A DNA stretch of 63,027 nucleotides, the filler included, from Bigelowiella natans CCMP2755 (lineage: Eukaryota; Protista; Cercozoa), in assembly GCA_000320545.1 (NCBI GenBank). It is 6 parts of 6 records of this genome, joined end to end, with 100 filler letters (N's around TTAATTAATTAA, not from the genome) between each part and the next. Parts side by side here need not be neighbours in the genome. Positions count along the whole stretch, not along the records: positions 1 to 14,586 come from ADNK01001627.1; 5 more parts are not named here. One strand, written 5' to 3'. The stretch's first letter is position 1. Every line of letters starts with the position of its first letter. The notes under the pieces were generated by a model. That model was not told the DNA's origin. It saw only the letters and a list, made by a program, of their open reading frames with translations, and ran no database searches. Shown here piece after piece: positions 1-12,985 of the stretch. Both the position numbers and the translations under genes were made by a program.

Positions 1-84
1 GGAGGGAGGAGGGGGTGGGACAGAACTTGCAAGAGTGAGAAATTTGCATGTAGATTTTGCTTTAGATGCAATGATTGCGATCAG

Positions 85-437
85 GTTCGTGCTATGAAGT
101 TGACCAAAGATCGGTATGGAGCTGTTTTCGAGGTATATTGAGTAAAAAATAATGAACATGTATTTGGAGAGAGACAGAGAGATAAATGTATGGATCACCA
201 GTAAAGCTTAATCTATCATTGCTCGTATGTAATCAAACTAAGTATATTACAAACCTTTCCTCTGGTTACTGATTTCTTTCTTCCTTTCTCTCTCTCTCTC
301 CCTCTCTCTCTCTCCCTCTCTCTCTCTCGTGTTTATGTGTGTGGTTTTGTCATCTGGAAAGGTGCCGTCGAAGTACGAAAAGCAAGTGCTCGCTGCCGCT
401 GAAAAGGCAGGACCATATGTGGAGGTAAGTTCATTCC

Positions 438-484
<47 letters not shown>

Positions 485-886
485 ATAGATATATGCACGC
501 ATGTAGATCTCGATGCCTACCGAATTGCCCGATTTAGAGGAGAGAGAGGCTCAGCAGCCTGATCGACCTCGGTGGAAAGGAGGGAGGAGGTATGTTATTT
601 GCCACGTTCTCATCATCAGATATACTCATAATCTGATGCCGAGGAATTCTTTATTTTCATCATGGAGACTAAGCATAATACTCAGTAAATACCTACCAAC
701 CACTATCGTCACTTCTTGCACCTGCTTTACAGGGTGAGCGGCGGAGGAAGAGGCAGAGGGGGGAGGGGAAGAGGAAGAGGGGGTGGCAGAGGAAGGGGAC
801 GAGGGCGAGGTTTTGGTGGTGGTTTTGGAGGTCGCTCCAGAGGCGAACGCGGAGGAAGAGGAAGATCTAGAAGGATTACCTTCTGA
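85..886 (+). CDS. C-terminal exons of a DDX21/RH7-like nucleolar DEAD-box RNA helicase (GUCT domain plus RGG tail), 5'-truncated
   Basis: GT-AG exons 85-132, 362-424, 507-589 and 733-886 splice in frame to VRAMKLTKDRYGAVFEVPSKYEKQVL...ISMPTELPDLEERE...GGGRGRGGRGRG...ITF*. This matches the GUCT 'GAVFDVP...ELPxL' pattern followed by an RGG tail. Confidence 0.75.
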
Positions 887-1379
887 AAAGAGAACGCATC
901 TCATCTTCACCATCGTCATCATTAGTCTCATCGTCATTATTCGGTCGAAGAGCTACGTCATGACACATACAAGAATGGACGTCTGCCTCCCGCATCATGC
1001 AGTTATGATGTTACTTCGTTGTAATAATAGATAAATACTCACATGTGGCCTCGCCTAGAGCAAATATTATCACATATGGGGAAAACTCACATGCTCAGTA
1101 CATGGTTTACAATTTACGATGGCGTCGGTCCGCCAGCTGCCCCGCCTCGTACGCGCGTACGCGCGCGTGCATGCGTGCGCGTGTGTTGTCCCTTTTTACG
1201 TTGTAAGTCTTATTAAGGTAGAAATACGCTCTGCTACATTGGCTACATCATAGAATAACATCTTTAATAACAACGGGGTGATGATAATAAGGCACGTACG
1301 AGCTAGGCGAATAACATCGAAGTCTTATTGAACAGCAGCGTGCGCAGAATAAGCCTCCGTTGCGCAAATAAACTTGTTC

Positions 1380-2195
1380 TCAATGCAACTTCTTCCCATC
1401 AATTTTCCCATAGTATGCGCGTGCGTAGAATCTAGAAAAGAGGAATACAAAGAAGGCCGAGTAGAGTCCGGCATACGGGCAGAATTGATAGTGGACATAT
1501 CCTATAGCACCATGAATTAAGGCGAGAGCAAACTGCACTATTTGAACGATGGTGATGACCTTTTTCACGACTATTGGCATCGAGTCAGATCCTAGATATG
1601 AGCGAAAGGCCCAGTATCCGTACATCAGCACATGGACAAAGCTATTCATGGCAACAAAGGGAACGACACTCATCCATGGTGAGAAGTGGTATCCGATTTC
1701 TGCGAGGACCAGTATGGAAGCGTGGTGGTAGACATGTAGGAAAGAAAGCTGTCTCCATTTCCCCCGTAATATTATTAAGGCTGTGTCGATTAGTTCGACG
1801 TACTTGAGCACACGATATAGCCAAAATGCCCGAGCTACAACTTGCTGATGCAGACCTGCCGAGTGGAAGAAGATGCTCTCCGGGCCACTCATCCATGCGG
1901 ATTGTAAAAAGTAGTATAAGTTCAGCACTGAAGCAAAGGACAGACTTCCGTTGAAGATTGCCATCAGGATCCGTTGTGTATCCCCTTCTGACTCAGACAC
2001 AGCCTTCTCGTTTTCGCCGTTATGAGTCGTCTTCGATTTCTGCTTCTTGTTCTTCTTCTTCTTCCGCAGCAGCCTTGGAGCTACAGTGCAGGCCATCACA
2101 TACAGCACTGCAACCCACAAACCAGGTACTTGAAGCACATTTGAAACCGTAAGAGCCCGCAGATACACGGGTGCATTGTTGGCATTCAATGCCAT
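1380..2195 (-). CDS. GNS1/SUR4 (ELO/ELOVL) fatty-acid elongase, intronless
   Basis: Motifs KYVELIDT, QLSFLHVYHH, NSFVHVLMYGY and TIVQIVQF; hydrophobic segments; C-terminal KKxx-like ER signal (GKKLH). Confidence 0.95.
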   Translation of the reverse strand: MALNANNAPVYLRALTVSNVLQVPGLWVAVLYVMACTVAPRLLRKKKKNKKQKSKTTHNGENEKAVSESEGDTQRILMAIFNGSLSFASVLNLYYFLQSAWMSGPESIFFHSAGLHQQVVARAFWLYRVLKYVELIDTALIILRGKWRQLSFLHVYHHASILVLAEIGYHFSPWMSVVPFVAMNSFVHVLMYGYWAFRSYLGSDSMPIVVKKVITIVQIVQFALALIHGAIGYVHYQFCPYAGLYSAFFVFLFSRFYARAYYGKIDGKKLH

Positions 2196-2340
2196 CCCTC
2201 GGAGGCGGTAGATGCTGCCGGGTCAGAGAGATTTGCGTTGTGTCCGAAAGAGACAAGAATATCAGGCTATTTTGGTTGTCGCGATATCAAAATCGCATGT
2301 ATTTTTGACAAAATGAACTTTCCTTCTACTTCCTTTGTTC

Positions 2341-3000
2341 ACCGGCACGAAGCTGATGATTCGAGAGTTCAGAAGGAAGCATGTGAAGCATCACTTGACA
2401 GCTTGACAGCAGCAGGCAGGCAGCTACACACCAGCAGCAAACACTGTGTTCGCGTGTAGTGACTACACAACCTAGCCCATGGGCCAATGCGAAGGTCGGT
2501 GTTCAACAATCTAGCAATGTTCAATGTTCTCGCTCATCACAATGTCATCGCACATGCGTGTCCCACACGTCATGCACCGTGCGTGGTTGAGCCACGTCTA
2601 GACGCCGCCAGGCTGTGGCTCCCATGGATCGACACATGATTGTGCGCCTTGAGACGTGCGCGCGCATGTCACATGCAGCTACGCAATGTGATGTTGATCA
2701 ACAACAGTGAAACAAAACACGTCTTGACATCTCTGGCGGATGTGCGTGTCATGTCACATCATGATGGTCTTCGTGTGTCGCACCCATGTGCACATGCTCA
2801 TTCATACTAGCATGCACGCAGTTGAAAGCTTAATCATCCAACATTGCACATTCATCTAGTCATGTCAGATGCGTAGCAGCGCTCATCAGTCGTGGACGGC
2901 AGCTCAACGTGCACAATTGGCAAACCGCACCGAGTCGCAGAGTTGAGGTGAAGACAGAAAGCGCTAGCTCGATCGATCGCACAAGCATGCTCCTACCCAC
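2341..3000. other. TpA-depleted, CTAG-sparing intergenic tract
   Basis: Hand count: 14 TA in 660 nt, 12 of them in CTA or TAG context. CpG is plentiful. Confidence 0.85.
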
Positions 3001-3079
3001 ATTGGTAATGTACTGATGATACCATTGTTACTTGTTAATAAATGTTATGGTCACACAGCATATAAGCACTGCGACATCG

Positions 3080-3324
3080 TCAGCCACCCTCGGCAACATC
3101 AGAGGGTTGCGGTTTTCGTTTGCTAATTGCAGGCAGATGTTTCTTCCGCAAGATGAAATTTGAACGAAGTAGGGAAAATGTAGACCCTGTCGTGAATATA
3201 CCCATGGCAATAAAAAGAGCGGCTCCGAAGGTTGACGCAGGATGCCCGTAATTTATTTCGATCGTGCACAGCATTGCAGCACTGAGGGTTGCAACAGCAG
3301 GAGCCATGAGCCAGCCTGTGTGTG

Positions 3325-3362
<38 letters not shown>

Positions 3363-4171
3363 GAGATGAATGGGAAAGGGGACGAGGATGGAGGAGGGAA
3401 AGATAGAAAACGAAGTGATGTAATAGGTATGTGTGACTATGTAATATACATTTAAAAATCAAATATCTATTCTAGACGTTACATATCTGGTAGTCCACCA
3501 CTGTTGCTACCTGTAAGCGCAACGGTTGCTGCATGTCTTGCAACGAACGTGGGCAACAAAGCACAAGGAACAGCATTCATATGCCCAAGAACGTTCTGGG
3601 AGCACATTAATCCCTGAAGGTTGCTATAGAAACTAAAAATATATAATGGAGTCACAAGTGTTTTTGCAACGTCTTTCACATCGAGATTTGCCATCCAGCT
3701 TTCCCATGATCTCCCACTGTCGTCCTGAGCCTTTTTGCCTGGTGTATCCTTAGCTTTATGCTCCTCTTGCTCCTCTCTCAACATATGGGATCCTGTCAGG
3801 GTTTGACCCAGTAAGGCTGCAGCACTCACACCAGACATCAGAGCATAGCAAACAGAGCTGTTGCTTGCAAAGGATGTTAAAGACGCCCGAAGAAGCGCTG
3901 GCGACATTTCCTCCTCTAATTTAGTGTGAGGAGCGAAAAATCGCGCTACTTTATGCAAGAGATTCTGTCCATACTTGCGCTTAAATACCCGCATGCTACC
4001 TACATAAATCCACAGAAATAATCACACTCGGATGAACTATCCTGGAAATGGTTTCTTCTAAACAGATGTATAGCAGGAACATGAAATACCCCTTATCATA
4101 TGTTGCTTCTGAAACAGGGAAGAATGGAACAATGATGATCGCCTCAGGGGTCTGGGAGAGAAAGCTCGCAT
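3080..4171 (-). CDS. Hypothetical multi-pass membrane protein with a possible organelle presequence (about 3 exons)
   Basis: R/S-rich N-terminus MRAFSPRPLRRSSLF; ORFs 3479-3994 and 3080-3307 with hydrophobic helices, separated by a (CT)n intron. No family recognised; start uncertain. Confidence 0.5.
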
Positions 4172-4498
4172 GCCTGCTTGTCGGGTAGGAGAGGAGGATT
4201 CGGGAGTTGCAGCGAAGAAAAAGATGGGGAATTTTATCATTTTTTCATCAATGCAGCTTGTCGCATGATAGAAATATGCCCAAACTCCAAACCTTCGCTG
4301 GCTGTTCAAGAATCAAGCCGACTATATCTAGAGATTATGTTAGGAGCAGGGGATGCATGCATGCCAATGATTTTTTTGGCCAGTCGACGATATTTCGTAC
4401 TCATGCAAGGCAAATAAATATAGATGTTTTCGCGATACAAAATGAAAACAAAAAAAACGAGTGAAATCGATATTCGAGGTGGGGGACTGGTACTTGTA

Positions 4499-5287
4499 AT
4501 GCTTCGGCGCGTGGGGTTGCTGGCCATCGGAGGCACTGTCTATGCTGGTGCTACCTTGGCTTCATTTGTCTATTTCAAGAAGGAAGAGTGCTGCCCCGAC
4601 ATCGACCAAAAACAGGTAGGTCCTTATCTTTATTTCTAGAGGTAATTATGATAAGTGAGACACATCCGAATTCAGAGGACGGACATCTTCAATGCAAATG
4701 CATCGAAGTACGATAAGGATATAGGCCGGGAAGAATGGCTTGCAGGAATAACATCGCTACGAAAGCGCCTCATGAACCACGCGAATGGACGCGTGCTCGA
4801 GATAGGCTCGGGAACAGGGAGAAACCTGCCGCACTACCCAAGTGAGTGTGATCTGGTGTGTGTGGACCTCAGCCCTGCGATGCTGGACGAGGCGCAAACA
4901 CGACATCCAAGCCCACCAGTCCGCTCCCTTCGTTTCGACGTTATGAATTCAGAGGATATAAAGTTTCCGGATAACTCGTTTGACACCGTTGTCGATACGT
5001 TTGGACTGTGCTCCGTTGACAACCCGCAGCTAGTAGTGAAGGAAATGGTTCGAGTGTGCAAGCCAGAGGGGACGATATTGCTCCTTGAGCATGGACGAAG
5101 CTCGTATACGTGGTTGAACAGTCTCCTCGACAAGTATGCAGGGAAGCACGCTCTGAAATGGGGGTGCTTTTGGAATAGGGACATCGATCACTACCTACAT
5201 CAATCGGGACTAGTAATACAGACGCATCAACTCCACCACTTTAATACGACTCATTACGTTGTTGCAACGAAAAGGAACGATAGATGA
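4499..5287 (+). CDS. SAM-dependent methyltransferase, OMS1/METTL7-like (type 11)
   Basis: N-terminal TM exon, one intron, then VLEIGSGTGRN (motif I), FPDNSFDTVVDTFGLCS, LLLEHGRS and WGCFWNRDI. Confidence 0.9.
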
Positions 5288-5672
5288 TGATAGCACATGG
5301 ACAATTTAACGTACAGTTAATATTCGAATTTCAGAAGTTTGGAATAGCCCCTCGTTTTTCGCTTGCTAGGCTAGTATGCATCGCGTGACCATTGAAATTA
5401 AATCGGGCCATTGAAAAGATTTAATTTATTCATTACATCCGTCTTATAAATCGCGTGTTGCGTATGTAGCCCCAAAAAAACTTTACTAACTGCTGTACTA
5501 AATGGGGCAGTCTACGTGCATGCTCAGGGAAGTACGTAGGAGCTATATTGCTTGCGCACTTTAACCATGCATACCATCTTATTATATTAGGCTAGAATGC
5601 ACGTCATTTCACACCACAGATATTTTTGATTTGGTATTCTAATGATAGTGACATAATACCATCTTCCTTGTT

Positions 5673-6854
5673 TCATGATGGCTCTACATCCCGTCTTATG
5701 TAGAAGATAGAGCTGTAAGTTTTTTGGCTAATGCTACTCCCATGCCTAGAATTACTATCTTCCCCTTCTCCTTCCTGTTCGCCCTGTTTCTCATCATGAG
5801 AAGTATTGGAGGAAGTGGCAATACTCTGAGCTTTCATTATTCCCTCCTCAACTCCACTGATAGTATCCCTAAGATCGCTGCCTTTGCCATGTTCACTCAC
5901 CACGAAGCCTTGGTTGAGAAGAACGTCATGCACACTTTTATACTCCTTACCCACGAACGACTTACCTCTTGCAGGGAAAATGATACCTTTAATAGCTACG
6001 TTGGTGACCTCCTTACATCGTTCCAGTGCATGTTTGACAAGTTCTGCGGCCAAAGAATATGCCTCTCCCTCTTTCTCTCCTCCATCTTCTTTACTAGCAA
6101 TCTGCATGCAGAGCAAAAGCAAAGGTGATGAGGAATTTTACAGAAACAAGCAGCCGTAATTCGCTGCTCCACAAAAAGACACGTTTAGTCTTCCAAGGTA
6201 TTGTATAATGTACACCTCTTCGGTGACATCTGTAGAAGAATAGAAAATACTATTTGTTGTCATATTTTATCGCAAGAGCTTCCCCTAAGCAATATATGCG
6301 AGAGAAGTCATCATGTCTACCTTAAGTTGTTCGATAACAGCATAGCACCGATTACTGTTTTCATTGCTACTGCTGTTGCTTGTCTTCGTCGTTGTAATTA
6401 GAGTATTTGTTCTTGTCAACGCAACCACAGAGATAGTTCCAGTCAACGCTCCACGACAATCCCTCGCAGCTTTCCACTTCGATTCCGAGGATCTTACACC
6501 TTCCGCTATCAAGGTGAAGGATCGTAATGGGGAAGAGCAGGAACTTGTCGTAGAATAAGATCCACTATCATCTCCATCATTGAGGTTTGCCAAATTTTTC
6601 GTATGTTCATTATCAAGCAAATCGGTGAATTTTGTGTCTGATGCATTTCGTAAGCGAATTCGGAACGGTTGGTGTCCCCTACAGCACATCCAAACGAAGA
6701 AACAAGTCAGAAGAATTATTGTTAAATATTTTCTTTAATGAAAAAGGAGAAATCACGCTCCCGCAATGGAAACATTACGATTACGTTTGAAAAATACTTC
6801 GCATCGCGATCAGTAAATTTGAGAAACACAAAAAAAAATGCGAGCATGATTTAG

Positions 6855-6894
<40 letters not shown>

Positions 6895-8204
6895 TTCTCT
6901 CACCTCGGGTCTAGTACATGGTGATTGGGGCGAAGACATGCCCTCTTGATTCCACTCTACATTACCAAAATAAACGTCATAACATCCAATACATGCACTT
7001 TCGAACGTCTGGAAACACAAGGTAGATTTAGACACAAAAAGGAATAACTCAGTAAGGAGAAAGCGGGAACAGAGAGGAAGAAGTTAATTATAACATAGAG
7101 TATACTGTTTCCAAAACTATACATACGGCTTCCAAGCAAAATGTACACTCTATTCCTATTGCTGGCGTTACTTACAGCATCGTCCTTCATCCGAACTGCA
7201 ACAACTTCAATTTTATGCTTAAGCAATTGAGCTACCCCCTGACCAAAGCCATGAGTTTAGAAGAGCAAACCACTGTGCTTTTGAGAAGAGGACGATTGCA
7301 GTGAGGATTAAAGTCTAATGCAAATACGCTCGCAAAGCACAAAGGGGGGGAGGGAGGAAGGGAGGAATGGTGACCTCGCAATCCACGAACTGCTTCGGTT
7401 CCAGGGCTCCGACAAACACTCGCTTGATGCGTCCAAATTGTAAAATCGAGCTCACACAAGGAGTGTTGCCTGCAGAAAGAAGAACATCCTTTAGAATGAT
7501 CGACTAGTGCATCCGAGAGTAATCTTTGATTCCACAGACGAATGTTAATGAAGAAATCTTATCTTTTTTCGTTTGATGTATTATGGTAAGTGTTACCTGA
7601 CGTTCTCTTCGAACAAGGTTCCATTGTTGCGTACCTGGTAGCGATGAACGATGTTAAACAATGCACAGATATATCAGATGCTGCTTTTTGGGGTGGAGAA
7701 ATATGTACATTTTGAGGTCTTTGAGATCCTCCGATTTTAAGCTTCCATTCTTCAAAGCGTCGTTCATCTTCCGAAGTGCGCACTGCGTTACAAAAGAGTT
7801 GGAGTGTGTAGATGTGCTGCCTTGGCATGCCAGGATAAGTGTTTGCAGGTGTCCATCACCTCTTCTGCGTGCGTGTTCCCCTCTAACTCACGACTATATC
7901 CTGTCGCGATTTCCTTATCATTCATTTCAAATAACAAATTAGAAATGGAAATTTGAATCCGTCTCGCAAGATCAGCTCATTTAGCCATTGATCAGCAATC
8001 CCTACCTTGCCATCCCCCCCTACAACGATACATCCGACACAATACGCACTGTCCACTGGGTTCGACTCATACGCGAGCTTTACAGCCTTAAGCATCCAAC
8101 GAATATCCTCCTCATTCGAAGACACCTACATTATTCTGCAGATTCAGGCGAATGACACCAGCAGGAGCAGACTAGTCGGCGACCTGGGGGGGGTCCGAGG
8201 ACAT
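5673..8204 (-). CDS. Rib2/RibD-type (DRAP) Zn-dependent deaminase fused to a degenerate GNAT-like C-terminal region
   Basis: Spliced exons give AYCVGCIVV, TGYSRELEGNTHAEE, TMEPCSKRTSGNTPC and KRVFVGALEP. A phase-compatible junction leads into ORFs 6285-6689 and 5673-6122. Confidence 0.8.
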
Positions 8205-8973
8205 CGTATTCTTTCTGGGATCCGATCGAAGTGTGTCAGACATGATGTTTCCTGCATGAGGAATTGGCCACTTCACACAAGAGAATTCAGCAATAACTCG
8301 AAGATAAGAGACTTCGCTGTTCTTTCTTGTCGCAAGGAACGACTGCCCGGAATTTCCTAGAACGCCGACATCTTTTACTGGAAGAGTCTGCGCACTTCCT
8401 CCCGCATCAAACCCGAACAATCGGAACTCCTTTTGTTCGGGCGACAATCCTTCCTAAGCAACATCCGCAAAACAACCGCATGGCCAAGGGTGTCAAAACT
8501 ACTCCATCGTGCTCTGGAGCACCAACGCATGCCACATTCTGCCCTTTCTCGCTGCATGAAACATGTCGCGAAAGGCAGAATTGCCTCAGATTTGGACACA
8601 CCCAACGTGGCACCCGATACTTGCATATTTCGGGGTTTCCAGAATCCTTGTTTTGGTTTGGAACACGTGTGATACTTGTGATGCGACAACGTTTTTTCTA
8701 ATGTCTCAGTAGAAATAATCTATCCTGTTCGGAACGGACCGGATGTGCGAGCTACACAAATTCAAATCGATTTAACTACTCTGGCTGCAGGGGGGCTTTG
8801 TCCTGCCACAGAAACCACCTACGCTTTCTCGGTTGAGAGAAGGGGACTGCGTGAAGGTGTGGAGAATTAGGTCTTAAGAGCGTTATTCTTTTTATCCTGA
8901 GACTGAGCCAGGTAGAAGGGAGCAAAAGTGCATATCCCATACATTCTTGATTCAATGTGCTCCAGCTGAAAGA

Positions 8974-10067
8974 ATGGGAAGGCGTGTTTCGGGTCTCGCG
9001 CTACTGCTATATTGCGCCCTCAGAACAGTTACAGTCAAGGGACAGACTTCAGCATTGGTAGAGATCATTTCGCCCCGACCGAGCCTGATTGAGTTCCTTT
9101 AGCTCTTGCTAATCTGTTGTGTCTTGTGGACGTGCTTCAACAGGTAACGGCTGCTATTTCAGAGGCCGCTAAAAGGGATAGGAGTCCAAGAGGATATCAA
9201 TTCACGGTATCGAAGAATCTTGCGGCTCCATTGATTGAAAGCAACAGCGAATACTTCTTTCCCGACCCTTTTGTTGTCCTAACTCGAGCTTACGCCTCAC
9301 AGATTCCATGCGACGCCAAAATCGTCGGTGCGAGAGTAAGACCCCAGGACACACCCCCTTATAACGAAGGCCAGGAGGGTATCACACAGTATGCTTACGT
9401 AGTCGAAGCTCCTCCCGGAGGATTTCCTGAGACTTCGAGTGGTGTACCAGCGAAGGTAGAGTATAGACGCTAGCGTGGCAGCATGGTAGGAGAGAGAAGC
9501 AGAAAAGCTGATTTACTTATCCTCTCGTTATTTTGATCAGCTCCTAGCCTCTGGGATGGGTGCGGCAGGAGAAGACGAATTCATAGTACTCGAAACGTCT
9601 CTGATTGCAGCTGGGACGGTTGTCGCTGTGCTGGGGGGGGTCAGGGAGGCACCGCCTGGAGAAGCTAAACAGTTTTTGACTAGTCTTGGGACAATGCCAA
9701 CCTCAATTACACCGTATGATGCTCACAAAAACACACACACACGCGCGCGCGCGCACGCACACGTCTTTTATATATATTTATATGTTTATAATCATTATTA
9801 TTTATTATTGTATGTGTACGTGTTTGTTCTCGCTAGGTTTTGCCCAAACGGAGCCAATATCCCGAATCAAGGATTCTTAGCGGTTCAATCCATAAACCTC
9901 CGCAATGATGGCGTAGAATCATTCCCCTTCCTGAACGATATTACATCCCGAACAGAAACTCATTTCTACGGCAGAATAGACCTGCAGTTTATTTTCCCAA
10001 CCCAATCACCGCAGACGGTCATATTTCTCGGCGATATTACCGGATATCGTATGCATATATGTATATG

Positions 10068-10109
<42 letters not shown>

Positions 10110-10271
10110 TATGTATTTGTGTGTGTACATTAATTTATACCCACAAACCACGAATTATATCGTTTGATGTACGTAATCGCATCGCTTGCTGTACTGTCCC
10201 CGCTCGTTGCCGCTGCGATTGCTGCTTTGATGTACGATTTCACTCTCTTGTTTTCACTGAGTCCACAGCGG

Positions 10272-10308
<37 letters not shown>

Positions 10309-11603
10309 CGGCGCCAGTGACTACATCGCCTTCTCAGGTTGGTGGCTATTTCCTTTTTACTGTTAGCAGCAGATATAACCTCTTTCCCTGAATGCCCCCC
10401 CCCCCCCTTCGCCACTCCTACCAGTCTCCTATCACCGCAGCACCGAGTTTAAGTCCTGTAACATCGAGTCCGGTAACGCTCGTCCCCACACTATCACCGT
10501 TCACAAGCGCCCCCTCCACTTCGCCGGTAACAAGAGCTCCGTCTACTTCGCCTCAAACGCAAAGTCCAGCTACTTCAGGTGACGGATAACCGATGAGAAC
10601 TGCCTATTCGGTAGAGAGGCAGAGTGGCGGGGGAGGGGGGAAGCGTTGGCAGTTTTTCTGCTTCGATCGTAACAGCAGTAATATCACGCCTCCTCAAAAC
10701 TAAATCGAGCGTGTTATTCATTGGTGTGTTATTGTTGTGATCGCGTCGCCGCACCCACAGCCCCGTCGAGGTCTCCTCAAACGGCGTCTCCTGCAACCAT
10801 CTCTCCCTCAACTCGCTCCCCGGTCGTTTGCTCTGCTGGAAATTTTAGGCGTCTATCTGACAACAACTGCCTCCCTTGTGGACTGGGCTTCTACTGTCCA
10901 AACGGTTTCGCTCGATTCCCTTGCCCTCCTAAATCAACAACGTTCGTCCTGGACGCAAGGAGCATCAGCAGGTGCGAGTGCCCTCCAGGGACCTTCGGGA
11001 AGAAGGGAGAGGAGTGCACAGATTGCGTTCTTGGAGAATTTTGCCCGGGGAACAGGGAAAAGGTCAGCTGTTGTAGGAGGAGGAGGAGGAAGGAGAATAT
11101 CGACGCACGCGTGTATATTGTGTTGACTCAGCGTTTGACAGTGGCCCTCGAATTCCCTGCCAACGCCATTCTTGCTTGATTTACAACTTCCATTCGCATA
11201 TGTGTACACCCGGCGGTTGCTGACATTGTGCGTGATTCTCTTATGTGCGTGCATGATTTGTCAGGCTAACAGATGTCCCAGGTTCAACTACTGCCCTAGC
11301 ACGCAGGTGAAGATTCCCTGCAACGCGACGCTAGGTCACTACTGCCCGGCAGGAACATTCGCAGCAGATCCACGATGTGAGCCGGGCTATTTCTGCCCTA
11401 ACTTTGTAACGGTCGTATTCAACCATCTTCAAAACACAGCATTTCGAAGATGAATGTGATGATGTTGTGGCGATGGTGCTGCTGATGATCATGCGGAGGA
11501 GGGGGGGGGAGGGGATTGATGGCAGAAGCTGATGACGATGAATGAGTGGTAAATTGGGTTTTGCAAAAGCGATCAAAGCACAAGTCAACCGAATTCTGTA
11601 CTG

Positions 11604-11641
<38 letters not shown>

Positions 11642-11705
11642 ATACTTCTTCTTTCTTCTTCCTCCTCTTACGAGCATTATATACAGCAGCACACACACAC
11701 ACACG

Positions 11706-11746
<41 letters not shown>

Positions 11747-12289
11747 TGATCTGCAGAAGTCGCCGTGCCCTCCTGGCAATGTGTCCGGTGAAGGCTTCTA
11801 CTGCCCTAGTGGTATGAGTCTCTACCATCATTTTCCCAGCATTTTCCCAGCACTTGTACGAATCAACGAAGGACCTTCCTCCTCTTTCCTCCTCTTCCTC
11901 CTCCCCCTCCTAACTCTCCCCGTCCTTCTCTTATTGTCTAAGGATCAACGACACTTGCGCTTTGCCCGTCCGGCTTTCGATGCGCCACTCCTGTAACAAT
12001 CGAGAAGTGTAAGGAAGGGGAACTCTGCCCCCCCGGGACCTTCACGGATATCTCCTGCCCTGCGACTTTCTATTGCAATGTGAGTGGGGGGGTCGGCACT
12101 CCGCTGCCTTGTCCATCAGGGACTTTGTGCGAGAAGGGTACCGATATCCCCCTCCCCTGTCCTCAAGGCTTCTACTGCCCCTCTACCGCAACTAAAGTCC
12201 CTTGTCTGCCAGGGTGCTCTTGCTCAATACAACTAATTCAAAACAGAGTGGTGTAGATGCTCGACTAGCATAGCATCACTCCAAATACA

Positions 12290-12326
<37 letters not shown>

Positions 12327-12814
12327 ATATACCTTACTTAACTTCCTTTCTTACATTCTTGTGAAATTCCTCCCCCCCCCCCCCTTCTCCGCACCATTTC
12401 CTCCCCCGACGGAAACGCCTTTTATCACAGCGACTACTGCCCCACCCGCAGCGTAGTGCCAGCAGCATGTCCGCCGGGCTATTTTTGTTCTAACCCGAGC
12501 ACATCAGCCAACTGCTCGATGGGCTCGTATTGCCCTGCACGCTCGATTCAAGAAGAAGTGTGTCCTCCGGGGTTTTATTGCCCGAGCCCCTCGATGCTGA
12601 TTGCATGCGTTCCCGGGCAGAACTGCACGGAAGGGACGATAAATGTCACCAACGCCGTGTGTAAGGAGGGTTTCGTTTGCGAATCAGCTGTTGATGTGAG
12701 TGTGATTAGTCTTAGATATGCTCCTCCCCTTCTCTCTTTCTCTCTTTCTCTCTTTCTCTCTTTCTCTCTTTCTCTCTTTCTCTCTTTCTCTCTTTCTCTA
12801 TTTCTCTCTTTCTC

Positions 12815-12858
<44 letters not shown>

Positions 12859-12948
12859 TCTCTCCCCCCCCCCCTCCGTTTCTCTCTTTTCAATATCGCT
12901 CGAGCCACTCCTCCTTTTATTTGATATGGAAAATCCTGTTGTTGTTCA

Positions 12949-12985
<37 letters not shown>

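Noticed and set aside
7380-8204. Deaminase gene as the cause of the A>G signature
   Set aside because: Its motifs (TGYSREL, HAEE, PCSxRxSG..PC) are those of the riboflavin-pathway Rib2/RibD clade acting on a small molecule. Nothing links it to DNA, and proximity means little in a eukaryote.
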